Below are positions 1 to 11,026 of a stretch of 64,000 nt of DNA, one piece after another. Positions within the stretch are counted from its first letter, which is position 1. Each line of letters opens with the position of its first letter. The position numbers and the translations under genes are program-made. The stretch lies in NCBI RefSeq assembly GCF_031397825.1, contig NZ_JANNML010000056.1:5225-69224 (forward strand), written 5' to 3'. Source of the DNA: Nocardioides sp. GTDB taxonomy: Bacteria; Actinomycetota; Actinomycetes; Propionibacteriales; Nocardioidaceae. Below the pieces are notes generated by a model. The model was given only the letters and a program-made list of their open reading frames with translations. It was not told the origin of the DNA and did no database searches.

Positions 1-63
1 GGTGAGGGCGGCAAGCGCGCGGGAGCGGAGCAGGCTCTGCAACGGGCTGGCGGTGAGGCTCAT
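1..63 (-). CDS. 5' end of an unidentified gene that runs off the window (MSLTASPLQSLLRSRALAALT...)
   Basis: ATG at 63-61 on the minus strand, open to the window edge. It is divergent from the TetR gene, with two palindromes in between. Only 21 codons are visible. Confidence 0.3.
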   Translation of the reverse strand, partial: MSLTASPLQSLLRSRALAALT

Positions 64-87
64 CCAGGGCTCCTTGGCGGACGTTTG

Positions 88-105
88 AGTGTACGTTCGT
101 ACACT
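88..105. promoter_or_regulatory. Perfect 8-2-8 palindrome AGTGTACG-TT-CGTACACT, candidate TetR operator 1
   Basis: Read directly. It lies in the divergent intergenic region upstream of the TetR gene. Its half-site is related to the second palindrome at 155-174. Confidence 0.6.
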
Positions 106-154
106 GAAAACTCTCGCAGCGCCGACCGACCGGGTCAACCGTCGTCAGCCGTGA

Positions 155-174
155 CAGTGCACACATGTGCACTG
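155..174. promoter_or_regulatory. Perfect 9-2-9 palindrome CAGTGCACA-CA-TGTGCACTG, candidate TetR operator 2
   Basis: Read directly. It shares an AGTG.AC core with operator 1 and sits 16 nt upstream of the GTG at 190. Confidence 0.6.
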
Positions 175-189
175 ATAAACTCGGCGCTT

Positions 190-807
190 GTGACCGAGAC
201 CCGTGGCGAGCGCAAGGAGCGCACCCGCCGCGCCATCCTCGATGCGGCGCTCCGACTCTGCGAGGACAGCAGCCTGGTGGCCCTGTCCCTGCGGCAGGTG
301 GCCAAGGAGGTCGGCGTCGTCCCGACCGCGTTCTACCGGCACTTCGACTCGATCGAGGCCCTCGGCCTCGAGCTGGTCGACGAGTCGTTCGTCTCGCTGC
401 GCGCGATGCTGCTCGACGTGCGGCGCAGCGACCCCGCCTTCGACGACATCATCGACTCCTCGATCGGCATCCTGGTCGAGCACGTCCACCAGCAGCGGGC
501 GCACTTCCAGTTCATCGTGCGCGAGCGCGCTGCCGGGCCGCTGCGCGTGCGCGAGGCGATCAACACCGCCATCGAGCAGTTCGAGAAGGAGCTGGCCACC
601 GACCTGGTCCGCCTCACGGGCACGACCACCTGGTCGCCCCAGGACCTGCAGATCCTGTCGGGCCTCATCGTGACGGCGATGGTCGGGCTGGCCGAGGCGA
701 TCCTGCGCACTCCCGACCCCGGCGCCGAGAGGGCCATCGTCGAGGGCGCCCGGGTGCAGCTGCGCATGGTGGTGGTCGGCGCCCTCAACTGGCGCTCGAA
801 GCTCTAG
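190..807 (+). CDS. TetR/AcrR family transcriptional regulator
   Basis: N-terminal HTH RTRRAILDAALRLCEDSSLVALSLRQVAKEVGVVPTAFYRHF. The ORF-track start at 85 lies on the operators and that stretch has low GC3. The first plausible in-frame start is GTG at 190. Confidence 0.85.
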   Translation: MTETRGERKERTRRAILDAALRLCEDSSLVALSLRQVAKEVGVVPTAFYRHFDSIEALGLELVDESFVSLRAMLLDVRRSDPAFDDIIDSSIGILVEHVHQQRAHFQFIVRERAAGPLRVREAINTAIEQFEKELATDLVRLTGTTTWSPQDLQILSGLIVTAMVGLAEAILRTPDPGAERAIVEGARVQLRMVVVGALNWRSKL

Positions 808-831
808 GCAGGTCGGTGAGGTCCGGTCCCG

Positions 832-1524
832 TCAGGTCGCCCGGGGCAGCACGGGACGCACGGTGACCTCGGGGATCGTCGCGTCGTCGGGCAGGTCGAG
901 AACGTGCAGGATGGTCTCGACCACGGTCGAGGGTGCGATCCAGCGCGAGGCGTCGTAGGTGCGCCCCTCCTGCTCGTGGACCTTCTCCTGCATCGGGGTC
1001 GCGGTGCGGCTGGGGAAGATCGTGGTCACGCGCACGCCGTGCTCGACCTCCTCGGCCCGCAACGCGTCCGCGAAGCCGCGCAGCCCGAACTTCGAGGCGG
1101 CGTAGGCCGACCAGTCGGCGTTGGCGCTCAGGCCCGCGGAGGAGTTGACGAAGACGACCATGCCGCGAGTGCGGCGCAGAGCCGGCAGGCACAGCCGCGT
1201 CAGGATCGCCGGGGCCAGGAGGTTGACGTCGAGCTGGTGGCGGAGCACGTCGGCCCGCTGGTCCTCCACCGGGCCCAGGTCGACCACGCCGGCGACGTGG
1301 TGGAGGGAGTCGAGCTCGTCGGGCAGCCCGCTGAGCTCCTCCAGCGCGGTCGCATCGGCCAGGTCGGCGACGACCACCTCGCTGCCGGGATAGCGCTCCT
1401 GGAGCACGCCGGCGCGGGCCGTGGTCCTCGCCAGGAGGACCAGGTGGTCGCCGCGCGCGTGCAGCCGGTCGGCGAGGGCGGCCCCGATGCCGGAGCCCGC
1501 CCCCGTCACCAGGTGGGTGGTCAT
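832..1524 (-). CDS. Short-chain dehydrogenase/reductase (SDR)
   Basis: TGAGSGIG Rossmann motif at the N-terminus and a YAASK (YxxxK) catalytic motif. ATGA start/stop overlap with the upstream gene. Confidence 0.85.
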   Translation of the reverse strand: MTTHLVTGAGSGIGAALADRLHARGDHLVLLARTTARAGVLQERYPGSEVVVADLADATALEELSGLPDELDSLHHVAGVVDLGPVEDQRADVLRHQLDVNLLAPAILTRLCLPALRRTRGMVVFVNSSAGLSANADWSAYAASKFGLRGFADALRAEEVEHGVRVTTIFPSRTATPMQEKVHEQEGRTYDASRWIAPSTVVETILHVLDLPDDATIPEVTVRPVLPRAT

Positions 1525-2498
1525 CGGGTGAAGACGACCTTGCCGAAGATGTCGCCCTGCGCCATGGCGGCGAAGCCGTCGCGGGCGTCGGTCATCGGGA
1601 TCGCCCGGTCGATGAGGGGCCGGGCCCCCGTCGCGTCGAGCAGGGCGACGAGCGAGGCGAGCTCACCGCTCGTGCCCATGGTCGAGCCGATGACGCTCAG
1701 CTGGAGGAAGAAGATGCGCGTCAGCTCGGCGTCGTCGAGGGTCGGGCCGGACGTCGTGCCGCTGATGACGATCTTGCCGCCGGGACGCAGCGCGCGCACC
1801 GAGTGCGACCAGGTCGCCCGGCCGACGGTCTCCATGACGGCGTCGACCTTCACCGGCAGACGGGCACCGGACTCGAAGACCTCGTGGGCGCCGAGCTCCA
1901 GCGCCTTGGCCCGCTTGGCCTCGTCACGCGAGGTGGCCAGCACCTTGAGCCCGCCGGCGCGGGCGAGCGTGATGAGCGCCGTGGCCACTCCCCCGCCGGC
2001 GCCCTGCACGAGCACGGTGTCGCCGGCCTTGAGGTCACCCTGGGTGTAGAGCATCCGGTAGGCGGTCAGCCAGGCGGTCGGCAGGCAGGCGGCCTCCTCG
2101 AAGGAGAGCGAGGCGGGCTTGGCGATGACGTTGGAGGTCGGGACGACCACCTTGTCGGCGAAGGTGCCCTGGTGGCGCTCGGAGAGCAGCGAGCGGCGGG
2201 GGTCGAACGTCTCGTCCCCGCGCCAGCTCGGGTCGGAGATGACCGCGTGCACGACGACCTCGTTGCCCTCCTCGTCGAGCCCCGCGGCGTCACAGCCCAG
2301 GATCATCGGCAGCGCCTCCTCGCGCAGCCCCACGCCGCGCAGCGACCAGAGGTCGTGGTGGTTGAGCGAGGCGGCCTTGACGGTGACGGTGGTCCACCCG
2401 TCCGGGGCGACCGGGTCGGGTCGTTCGCCGATCACCAAGCCCGCGAAGGGGTCCTCGGAGTCGGCGGCGGCAAAGGAATCGGCGTAGACGGCGAACAT
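1521..2498 (-). CDS. Zinc-type alcohol dehydrogenase / quinone oxidoreductase family (MDR) protein
   Basis: MDR-like sequence (VKAASLNHHDLW, VLVQGAGGGVATALITLA) from the MFAVY start at 2498. An in-frame upstream extension to ATG 2663/2669 has coding-like GC3 and a GGAAGG RBS, so the start is uncertain. Confidence 0.8.
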   Translation of the reverse strand: MFAVYADSFAAADSEDPFAGLVIGERPDPVAPDGWTTVTVKAASLNHHDLWSLRGVGLREEALPMILGCDAAGLDEEGNEVVVHAVISDPSWRGDETFDPRRSLLSERHQGTFADKVVVPTSNVIAKPASLSFEEAACLPTAWLTAYRMLYTQGDLKAGDTVLVQGAGGGVATALITLARAGGLKVLATSRDEAKRAKALELGAHEVFESGARLPVKVDAVMETVGRATWSHSVRALRPGGKIVISGTTSGPTLDDAELTRIFFLQLSVIGSTMGTSGELASLVALLDATGARPLIDRAIPMTDARDGFAAMAQGDIFGKVVFTR

Positions 2499-2725
2499 GT
2501 CTCGGAGCCTAGTAGGACGGCCAGGAGGCGCGGCCCGCAGGCAACCCGGCTGGACGACGTCCTCGACATGGAGCACCCCCATGTCGTCGTCCTCGTCGAA
2601 GCCATCGGCGACTCGCCCGGCGTACGCTGCTGGCAAGAAGCTGGCCGAGGGGGCCCGGATCATCTCCATCGCCTTCCAGGAGCCGCCGCTGTCGCTGTCC
2701 CCCGCCGCCGCCGCGCAGCAGCCGA

Positions 2726-3685
2726 TCAGCGCAGCCCCGCGGACGCGGCCCCGAGCAGCTCGAGGATCGCCCGGGCCTCGGCCACAGCGTCCTCGCTCTC
2801 CTCGTCAGGCGTGACCTGGTAGGTCGCGTCCTGCGTGGCGGCCCAGGCGGTGACCCGGCTGGGGTCGTCGTCACGGACACCGATGAACCCCTCGACGAGA
2901 CCGGGCGCAGTGATGTCCTCGACGGTGCCGGAGCGCTCGTCGAGGCTCCGGGCAGCGTCCAGGGACGGGCGGTCGGCGAAGTCGGAGACGCTGAGGTAGG
3001 AGAACGTGTCCTCGGGCGACGTGCGGAAGAGGCACTGGCGCAGACCCTCCACCGCATCGTTGCGCTCCGAGACCACCGCCTGCCCCAGCGCCTGGGCGAC
3101 GGCCGCGTCGCCGAGCAGGTCGCAGGGATGAGGGACCGTCACGGGCGTGACGACGGCATCGGCCGGCAGGTCCCCGCCGACGAGCATCGTCATGGCCGCC
3201 ACCATCACCCGCCTCTCGTCGTCGCGCGTGGCGCCGACGAACGGCGTGATGGCGTACCACCCGCCCTCGACCGTCGCGATCAGCGAGCGCGACGAGATGC
3301 CGGACATCGTGTCCTCGAGCTCGACCGCCTCGACGGTGCCCTCGATCTCCAGCGGCTCGGTGGCGTGGTCGTCGGAGGACGACGTCAGCTCGGCGACGAT
3401 CTCGTCCAGGGGCGTCTCCCGGCTCTCCGAGATGATGGCCAGGATCGGGAGGTCCTCCTCCCCGGTGACGCTGCAGCTGCCCGCGCCGAGGAAGCGCTTC
3501 TCCTCGATCGTCACCGGCTCGCCGACGAGCTTCTCCACCTCCGCGGCGTCCAACGCACCACAGATCGGCAGTGACGGGCCCTCGTCGCGTTCGGTACGTT
3601 CCTGCTCACCGCCGCCTGAGCAGGCGGTGAGGGCCACCAGGAGCGTCGTGAGAGAGCAGGTCAGGGCGAGGGAGGCGCGGCGCAT
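2726..3685 (-). CDS. Secreted lipoprotein of unknown function with two tandem Cys-pair modules (DUF3558-like)
   Basis: Signal peptide plus lipobox LVALTAC. Two repeated modules each begin with C..L...V..LG and carry a second Cys (PICGALDAAEVEKLVG...SCSV and HPCDLLGDAAVAQALG...QCLF). Confidence 0.7.
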   Translation of the reverse strand: MRRASLALTCSLTTLLVALTACSGGGEQERTERDEGPSLPICGALDAAEVEKLVGEPVTIEEKRFLGAGSCSVTGEEDLPILAIISESRETPLDEIVAELTSSSDDHATEPLEIEGTVEAVELEDTMSGISSRSLIATVEGGWYAITPFVGATRDDERRVMVAAMTMLVGGDLPADAVVTPVTVPHPCDLLGDAAVAQALGQAVVSERNDAVEGLRQCLFRTSPEDTFSYLSVSDFADRPSLDAARSLDERSGTVEDITAPGLVEGFIGVRDDDPSRVTAWAATQDATYQVTPDEESEDAVAEARAILELLGAASAGLR

Positions 3686-3729
3686 GCCGGGTCTCTTCCC
3701 CCGCCGGGGTCATGCCAACCGTCGACGGG

Positions 3730-4974
3730 TCAGCGGCGCGCGACGCCGTCGCGGCGGGCCGCCGCTGCCACCGCGCTGGAGACGGCGGGGCCCACCCGAG
3801 GGTCGAACGGCGAGGGGATGATCATCTCCTCGGTCAGCTCGTCGCCGACCAGCTCGGCCAGCGCTTCTGCCGCGGCCAGCTTCATGCCCTCGGTGATCGC
3901 GGTGGCATGGACGTCGAAGGCGCCCCGGAAGATCCCGGGGAAGGCCAGCACGTTGTTGATCTGGTTGGGGAAGTCCGAGCGACCGGTGGCGACCACGCGG
4001 GCGTGGCGGCGGGCCACGTCGGGGTGGACCTCCGGCGTCGGGTTGGCCAGGCCGAAGACGATCGAGTCGGGCGCCATGGTGGCGACGTGCTCCTCCGGCA
4101 CGGTGCCACCGGAGAGGCCGATGTAGACGTCGGCGCCGTCCAGCGCGTCGGCCAGGGTGCCGCTGCGGCCGTAGCGGTCGGCGGTGTCGACGGCGAGCGC
4201 GCGCTTGACCGGGGTCAGGTCGGCACGCTGCGAGTTGAGCACGCCCTTGCGGTCGGTCACGGCGAGGTCGGTGATGCCGGCCTCGAGCAGGATCCGGGCC
4301 ACGGCGACACCGGCCGCTCCGGCGCCGGAGATGACGACGCGAGTCGTGCCCGGGTCGCGGCCGGTCAGCTTGAGGGCGTTGGTGAGCGCGGCCAGCACCA
4401 CGACGGCGGTGCCGTGCTGGTCGTCGTGGAAGACCGGGATGTCGAGCATCGCCTTGAGCCGGTCCTCGATCTCGAAGCAGCGGGGCGCCGAGATGTCCTC
4501 CAGGTTGATGCCGCCGAAGCTCGGGGCCATGCGGGCGACGGTCTCGATGATCTCCTCGACGTCGGTGGTGTCCAGGCAGATCGGGACCGCGTCGACGCCG
4601 CCGAACTGCTTGAAGAGCACCGCCTTGCCCTCCATCACCGGCATCGCCGCTGCGGGGCCGATGTCGCCCAGCCCGAGCACCGCGGTGCCGTCGCTGACCA
4701 CGGCGACCACGTTGGGGACCCACGTGTAGTGCTGGGTCATCGAGGGGTCCGCGGCGATCGCCTCGCACACCAGGGCGACGCCCGGCGTGTAGGCGAGCGA
4801 GAGGTCGTCAGCACCGTCCAGCGGCGCCGTGGACACGATCTGCATCTTGCCTCCGACATGGAGGTCGAAGACCGGGTCGCCGGCGTGCGGGTGCGAGGGG
4901 GAATCAGCAACAGCCACGATCGGGGATCCTCCCACAACCGCACCGACCCCCTCGGGCCGTCCCAGATGAGTCAT
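3730..4974 (-). CDS. NAD(P)-dependent malic enzyme (short MaeB-type, no PTA domain)
   Basis: DLSLAYTPGVA, VSDGTAVLGLGDIGP..AMPVMEGKAVLFK and ISGAGAAGVA motifs typical of bacterial malic enzymes. Confidence 0.9.
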   Translation of the reverse strand: MTHLGRPEGVGAVVGGSPIVAVADSPSHPHAGDPVFDLHVGGKMQIVSTAPLDGADDLSLAYTPGVALVCEAIAADPSMTQHYTWVPNVVAVVSDGTAVLGLGDIGPAAAMPVMEGKAVLFKQFGGVDAVPICLDTTDVEEIIETVARMAPSFGGINLEDISAPRCFEIEDRLKAMLDIPVFHDDQHGTAVVVLAALTNALKLTGRDPGTTRVVISGAGAAGVAVARILLEAGITDLAVTDRKGVLNSQRADLTPVKRALAVDTADRYGRSGTLADALDGADVYIGLSGGTVPEEHVATMAPDSIVFGLANPTPEVHPDVARRHARVVATGRSDFPNQINNVLAFPGIFRGAFDVHATAITEGMKLAAAEALAELVGDELTEEMIIPSPFDPRVGPAVSSAVAAAARRDGVARR

Positions 4975-4975
4975 C

Positions 4976-5290
4976 TCACAGCCGACGCGGACGCGGCCAG
5001 ACCCGCGCCAGCACGACCGCGACCACGGCCTCGTCGCGCACCGGCCCGCGGTGGCGCGAGTCGACCCCCACGTCAGGCGCGTCGCTGAGCAGCCACCACC
5101 CCGTCGTACGACGCTCCGCCGCGCGCTTGACCGCGAGGGTCCCGTCCGGGAAGCGCGCCACGACCACCTCCCCGGGTCGTGGCCGGCGTCGGTGGCTGAC
5201 CAGGAGGCGGTCGCCGGCTGTCAGCGTCGGCTCCATCGACGCGCCCTTCACGCGGGCCCATCCATAGGGAGGTCGTCGTGTCTCAGCCAT
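4976..5290 (-). CDS. sodX: Nickel-type superoxide dismutase maturation protease (S26 signal-peptidase-like)
   Basis: GASMEPTL catalytic Ser motif, small size, and divergent position 50 bp from sodN. Start taken at MAETRR. Confidence 0.8.
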   Translation of the reverse strand: MAETRRPPYGWARVKGASMEPTLTAGDRLLVSHRRRPRPGEVVVARFPDGTLAVKRAAERRTTGWWLLSDAPDVGVDSRHRGPVRDEAVVAVVLARVWPRPRRL

Positions 5291-5339
5291 GCGGAGTAGT
5301 GTCCCAACGGCAAGCTCTGTTGACGACGAGAGGACACGC

Positions 5340-5738
5340 ATGTTCGCGCGACTGTTCGCCCCCACTGTCGAGGTCTCCGCCCACTGCGACCTGCCCTGTG
5401 GTGTCTACGACCCCGCTCAGGCACGCATCGAGGCCGAGTCCATCAAGGCCCTGATCGGGAAGGTGGCCGACAACGACGACCCCGACTTCCGCACGCGGGC
5501 GGTGCTGATCAAGGAGGAGCGCTCCGAGCTGGTCAAGCACCACCTCTGGGTGCTGTGGACCGACTACTTCAAGCCCCCGCACTTCGAGAAGTACCCGCAG
5601 CTCCACACGCTGGTCAACGAGGCCACCAAGCTCGCCGGCGCCTCGGGCACCAAGGGCACGCTCGACGCCGACGTGGCCGACCAGCTGCTCGCGAAGATCG
5701 ACGAGATCGCCGAGATCTTCTGGGAGACCAAGAAGTGA
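5340..5738 (+). CDS. sodN: Nickel superoxide dismutase precursor
   Basis: 14-residue leader MFARLFAPTVEVSA followed by the Ni-hook HCDLPCGVYDP. The ORF-track start at 5289 is trimmed to ATG 5340. Confidence 0.95.
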   Translation: MFARLFAPTVEVSAHCDLPCGVYDPAQARIEAESIKALIGKVADNDDPDFRTRAVLIKEERSELVKHHLWVLWTDYFKPPHFEKYPQLHTLVNEATKLAGASGTKGTLDADVADQLLAKIDEIAEIFWETKK

Positions 5739-5741
5739 GCC

Positions 5742-5768
5742 CGAGGGGCGAGCTTGCTCGTCCCCTCG
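5742..5768 (+). terminator. GC-rich hairpin 3 nt after the sodN stop codon
   Basis: CGAGGGGCGA...TCGTCCCCTCG stem with one bulge. No U-tract follows, which is common for actinobacterial I-shaped terminators. Confidence 0.5.
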
Positions 5769-6196
5769 TGGCGAGCGCCGCGGGTGCCGGCGCGCAGCGA
5801 CCGCAGACCAAGAAGGCCTGAGTCGTACCGCAGGTCACCGACCTTCGCACTGACGCTGTTGGCGCCGCCCCGGTCCGCAGGGAGTCCACGCGGGCTCCGG
5901 GTGGGTCCGGGGCGGCGTCGCTGTTCGGGCTGCGCTGGCTTCGAGCCGTCGTGCTGGGAGTCGTGCTGCTCCTCGTTGCCTGGCCTGGGACGCCGACACG
6001 TGGACCGGCTCGTGGCAACATCTGCTCGTCGTTCCCCCCGCGGGTGCGCGCGCTCGATCTCAGCGCTGCCGCCGTCACCGGCGCGCTCAGCAAGTCGTCG
6101 GGCACGCCGGCCGCGGGCGGCACCGGTGAACCACCCCCGAGGGCGGAGACGCCGAGGGCGATGACGAGTCGGCTCCTGACGACTGCGGAGGACAGA

Positions 6197-6910
6197 TCAG
6201 CGTAGGGCGTACGTCGCCAGCGAGACCGCCACGTAGTGCGCGATGAAGGCCAGGATCGTGAAGGCGTGGAAGACCTCGTGGAAGCCGAACCACGCGGGAC
6301 TGGGGTTCGGCCTCTTGAGTCCGTAGACGACGCCACCGAGGGTGTAGAAGAGGCCGCCGACCACGAGCAGCACGACCACCGACACGGCTGTGGAGCTGCT
6401 CAGGCGGGCGGCGCCCTCGACGAAGTCCGGGATGAAGAACACCGCGAACCAGCCCAGTCCGATGTAGATCGGTGTGTAGAGCCAGCGTGGGGCGCCCGTC
6501 CAGAAGACCCGGAAGAGCACACCGAGCAGGGCGCCGCTCCAGATGCCGACGAGGAGGTGCACTCGGGCATCTCCCTGCAGGAGCAGCATCGCGAAGGCGG
6601 TGTAGGTGCCGGCGATGAGGATGAAGATGTTGGAGTGGTCGAGCCGACGCAACAGCGCCCAGACGGCCGGCTGCCAGGTGCCGCGGTGATAGATCGCGGA
6701 CACGCCGAACAACAGCAGCGCCGAGCCAGTGAAGATCCCCGCACCGACCTTGGTCCCCGTGCTCGGCGACAGCACGATCAGCACGACACCCGCCGCGATC
6801 ACGAACGGCACCGAGCCCGCATGCAGCCCGCCGCGCAGCCTCGGCTTCAGCTCGGCCATCTTGTCGGCCATCACCACGAGGGCCGCCTCGTGATCGAGGA
6901 ACTTCTTCAC
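6197..6910 (-). CDS. Hemolysin III / PAQR family membrane protein
   Basis: KPRLRGGLHAG... and SAIYHRG...RLDHSNIFILIAGTYT motifs; seven predicted TM segments. Confidence 0.9.
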   Translation of the reverse strand: MKKFLDHEAALVVMADKMAELKPRLRGGLHAGSVPFVIAAGVVLIVLSPSTGTKVGAGIFTGSALLLFGVSAIYHRGTWQPAVWALLRRLDHSNIFILIAGTYTAFAMLLLQGDARVHLLVGIWSGALLGVLFRVFWTGAPRWLYTPIYIGLGWFAVFFIPDFVEGAARLSSSTAVSVVVLLVVGGLFYTLGGVVYGLKRPNPSPAWFGFHEVFHAFTILAFIAHYVAVSLATYALR

Positions 6911-7194
6911 GACGGGACCCGCAGGGCCGCGGGCCGGACCTCGACCACGGCCGGGGTGGTCGCCGACGTCGGCAGTGCGCCGAGCGGCTCACGGGCACCA
7001 CCCATCGGCACCGATGGGGACCCGCTGATCTCGACCTTGGCTCCGCGCAACACCGTCACCTGCTCCCGTTCGATTTGCCCGCCGACGTAGAACGTGGGCA
7101 ACGCACTCATCATGGCGCGTGGTGTGGCGGCCTCGAACACCACCACGCCGGCAAGGCCATCGGGCACCGACGGCGGAGCGTGCCTCCCCAGCAC
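6907..7194 (-). CDS. Small hypothetical protein (68-95 aa)
   Basis: Very high GC3 across the whole ORF. Its TGA overlaps the ATG of the downstream hemolysin-III gene (ATGA). No recognisable domain. The start (GTG 7194 or ATG 7113) is unresolved and no clear RBS is present. Confidence 0.4.
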   Translation of the reverse strand: MLGRHAPPSVPDGLAGVVVFEAATPRAMMSALPTFYVGGQIEREQVTVLRGAKVEISGSPSVPMGGAREPLGALPTSATTPAVVEVRPAALRVPS

Positions 7195-7217
7195 AGGAGC
7201 CGGGTTCGAGGTGCGTC

Positions 7218-9602
<2,385 letters not shown>

Positions 9603-9634
9603 GGTGACGACGCTACGGCGTGCGCGGAGAGCCG

Positions 9635-11026
9635 TCACCGGGTCCGGCGACCGCGACAGGTGTAGCCCACCAGGGCGCTGTCGTGGACCGAGCCGGGGCG
9701 CAGCACCGTCAGCACCGCGGCCCCTTCCAGCGGACGAGACCCCCGCATGGTGAACTCCAGTCGTGCGGACACCCGCTCCTGTCCCGCCGCCACCTGCACG
9801 GTGCGCTCCGCGTTCGGCACACCGTCGGGTCGGGTCCACTGCAGGGTCAGCGTGCCCGCCTCTCCGTTCGTGCGCACCAGGCCGGTGAAGACGAACGCGG
9901 CGCGCGGGCAGGTCCCCTGCCGCGTCGAGGCCTCCACCTCCACCGAGGTCACCTCCAGCGGGGAGTCCCACGGCGAGACCAGGACGACGACGGCGACCAG
10001 GGCGGCGACGGCCGCGGCGGCGACGGCGGCGCCCAAGGCCCGCAGCCGCTCCTTGCTGGACCGCGACCTGGCCGACGACGCCCTCCGCGCAGGGGCCGGG
10101 TCGTCCCCTGCCCGCGTCGCGGGCTGAGCGACCGCCGCGACGGTCGGGTCGCTCCTGGCGGAGTCCGCTGCAGGCTCCCGCCAGGCAGCGGGCGGCCACG
10201 CATCAGCGGGGACCGCCGCCAACCGGTCGACGAGCGCGAGGGGGAGCAACCGCTGGCCCGGATCCTTGTCCAGCCCAGCCAGGAGGGCGTCGGCTGCAGC
10301 CGCCGGGATGCCGGGCAGGACGTCGCGCGGTGGCACCGGGGGGTGCTCCCAGTGAGCGATCACGAGAGCCACGGCATCACCGGCATCGAACGGCCGTCGA
10401 CCGAGCAGCGTCTCGTAGGCCATCACGGCGAACGAGTAGGCGTCCGAAGCGGGACTCGGCTCCGCGATGCCCTGGCTCACCTCCGGAGGGAAGTACGCCG
10501 GTGTCCCCGACGGCGCCCCGCCGCCCGTGCGGAAGCCGGACGCGTCCGCGACGGCCCGGGCCAGACCGAAGTCGCCCAACCGTGCATGGCCGTCGGGCAG
10601 CACGAACACGTTGCCCGGCTTGACGTCGCGGTGCACGACCCCCTGCTCGGCCATGGCAGCGAGCGCCTCAGCGACGTCGCGCAGGACCACCATCGCCTGG
10701 TCGACCGGGAGCCGCTCGCCGTCGAGCAGGTCGAGGAGGTTGGCCCCGGGGACGTACTCCATGACGAGCAGCGCACCGCCGTCGCCGGTGATGAGGTCGT
10801 ACACCTTCACCACCGACCGGCAGCGCGTGCTCGCCAGGATCCTGGCCTCACGGCGGAACCGCTCCAGGTTGTCGGTGTCGGCCAGGGCGTGGGGCAGGAT
10901 CCGCTTGATCGCGACGAGCCGCCCGATCGCCGGCTGCCGGGCGAGGAACACCTCGCCGAACCCCCCGGCCCCGAGCCGTCGGACGAGCTCGTAGCCGGGC
11001 GGCAGGTCGAGCGCCGCATCTGCCAT
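9635..11026 (-). CDS. Ser/Thr protein kinase, single-pass membrane protein with a small extracellular Cys-pair domain
   Basis: GAGGFGEV, VAIK, HRDVKPGN, DFG and GTPAYFPPE motifs. These are followed by a Pro/Ala linker, the TM segment LGAAVAAAAVAALVAVVVLV and a roughly 110-aa ectodomain. Start at MADAALDL. Confidence 0.9.
   Translation of the reverse strand: MADAALDLPPGYELVRRLGAGGFGEVFLARQPAIGRLVAIKRILPHALADTDNLERFRREARILASTRCRSVVKVYDLITGDGGALLVMEYVPGANLLDLLDGERLPVDQAMVVLRDVAEALAAMAEQGVVHRDVKPGNVFVLPDGHARLGDFGLARAVADASGFRTGGGAPSGTPAYFPPEVSQGIAEPSPASDAYSFAVMAYETLLGRRPFDAGDAVALVIAHWEHPPVPPRDVLPGIPAAAADALLAGLDKDPGQRLLPLALVDRLAAVPADAWPPAAWREPAADSARSDPTVAAVAQPATRAGDDPAPARRASSARSRSSKERLRALGAAVAAAAVAALVAVVVLVSPWDSPLEVTSVEVEASTRQGTCPRAAFVFTGLVRTNGEAGTLTLQWTRPDGVPNAERTVQVAAGQERVSARLEFTMRGSRPLEGAAVLTVLRPGSVHDSALVGYTCRGRRTR

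Noticed and set aside
904-2049. Long ORFs antisense or out of frame to assigned genes. Examples are 904-2049, 7119-9665, 24194-25948, 46770-49022, 51570-53675, 56481-58181 and many others in the track.
   Set aside because: They are typical shadow ORFs of a 70%+ GC genome. Their translations are Arg/Pro/Gly/Ala-rich with no motifs, and each fully overlaps a gene with clear family signatures and correct GC3 periodicity.
5291-5339. CAAC-N10-GTTG inverted repeat in the sodX-sodN intergenic region, considered as a possible Nur (nickel-responsive Fur) box.
   Set aside because: The arms are only 4 bp, and the sequence does not match the TTGCAA-type Nur consensus as I remember it. The support is too weak.
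5754-6205. ORFs 5754-6164 (+), 5951-6205 (+) and 5614-6336 (-) in the gap after sodN.
   Set aside because: The translations are Arg-rich or compositionally odd, with no start/RBS support. The minus-strand ORF reads through the sodN terminator and coding region. The region is kept only as an unexplained gap.
9603-10199. N-terminal extensions of composite track ORFs. Affected ORFs include the UvrA-like ORF to 10199, 32036-34279, 50584-53256, 54748-57807, 59790-61853, 60961-62493 and 27069-28418.
   Set aside because: The extensions run through neighbouring genes in another frame. Domain-consistent internal starts exist, often with RBS or overlap coupling to the upstream gene.
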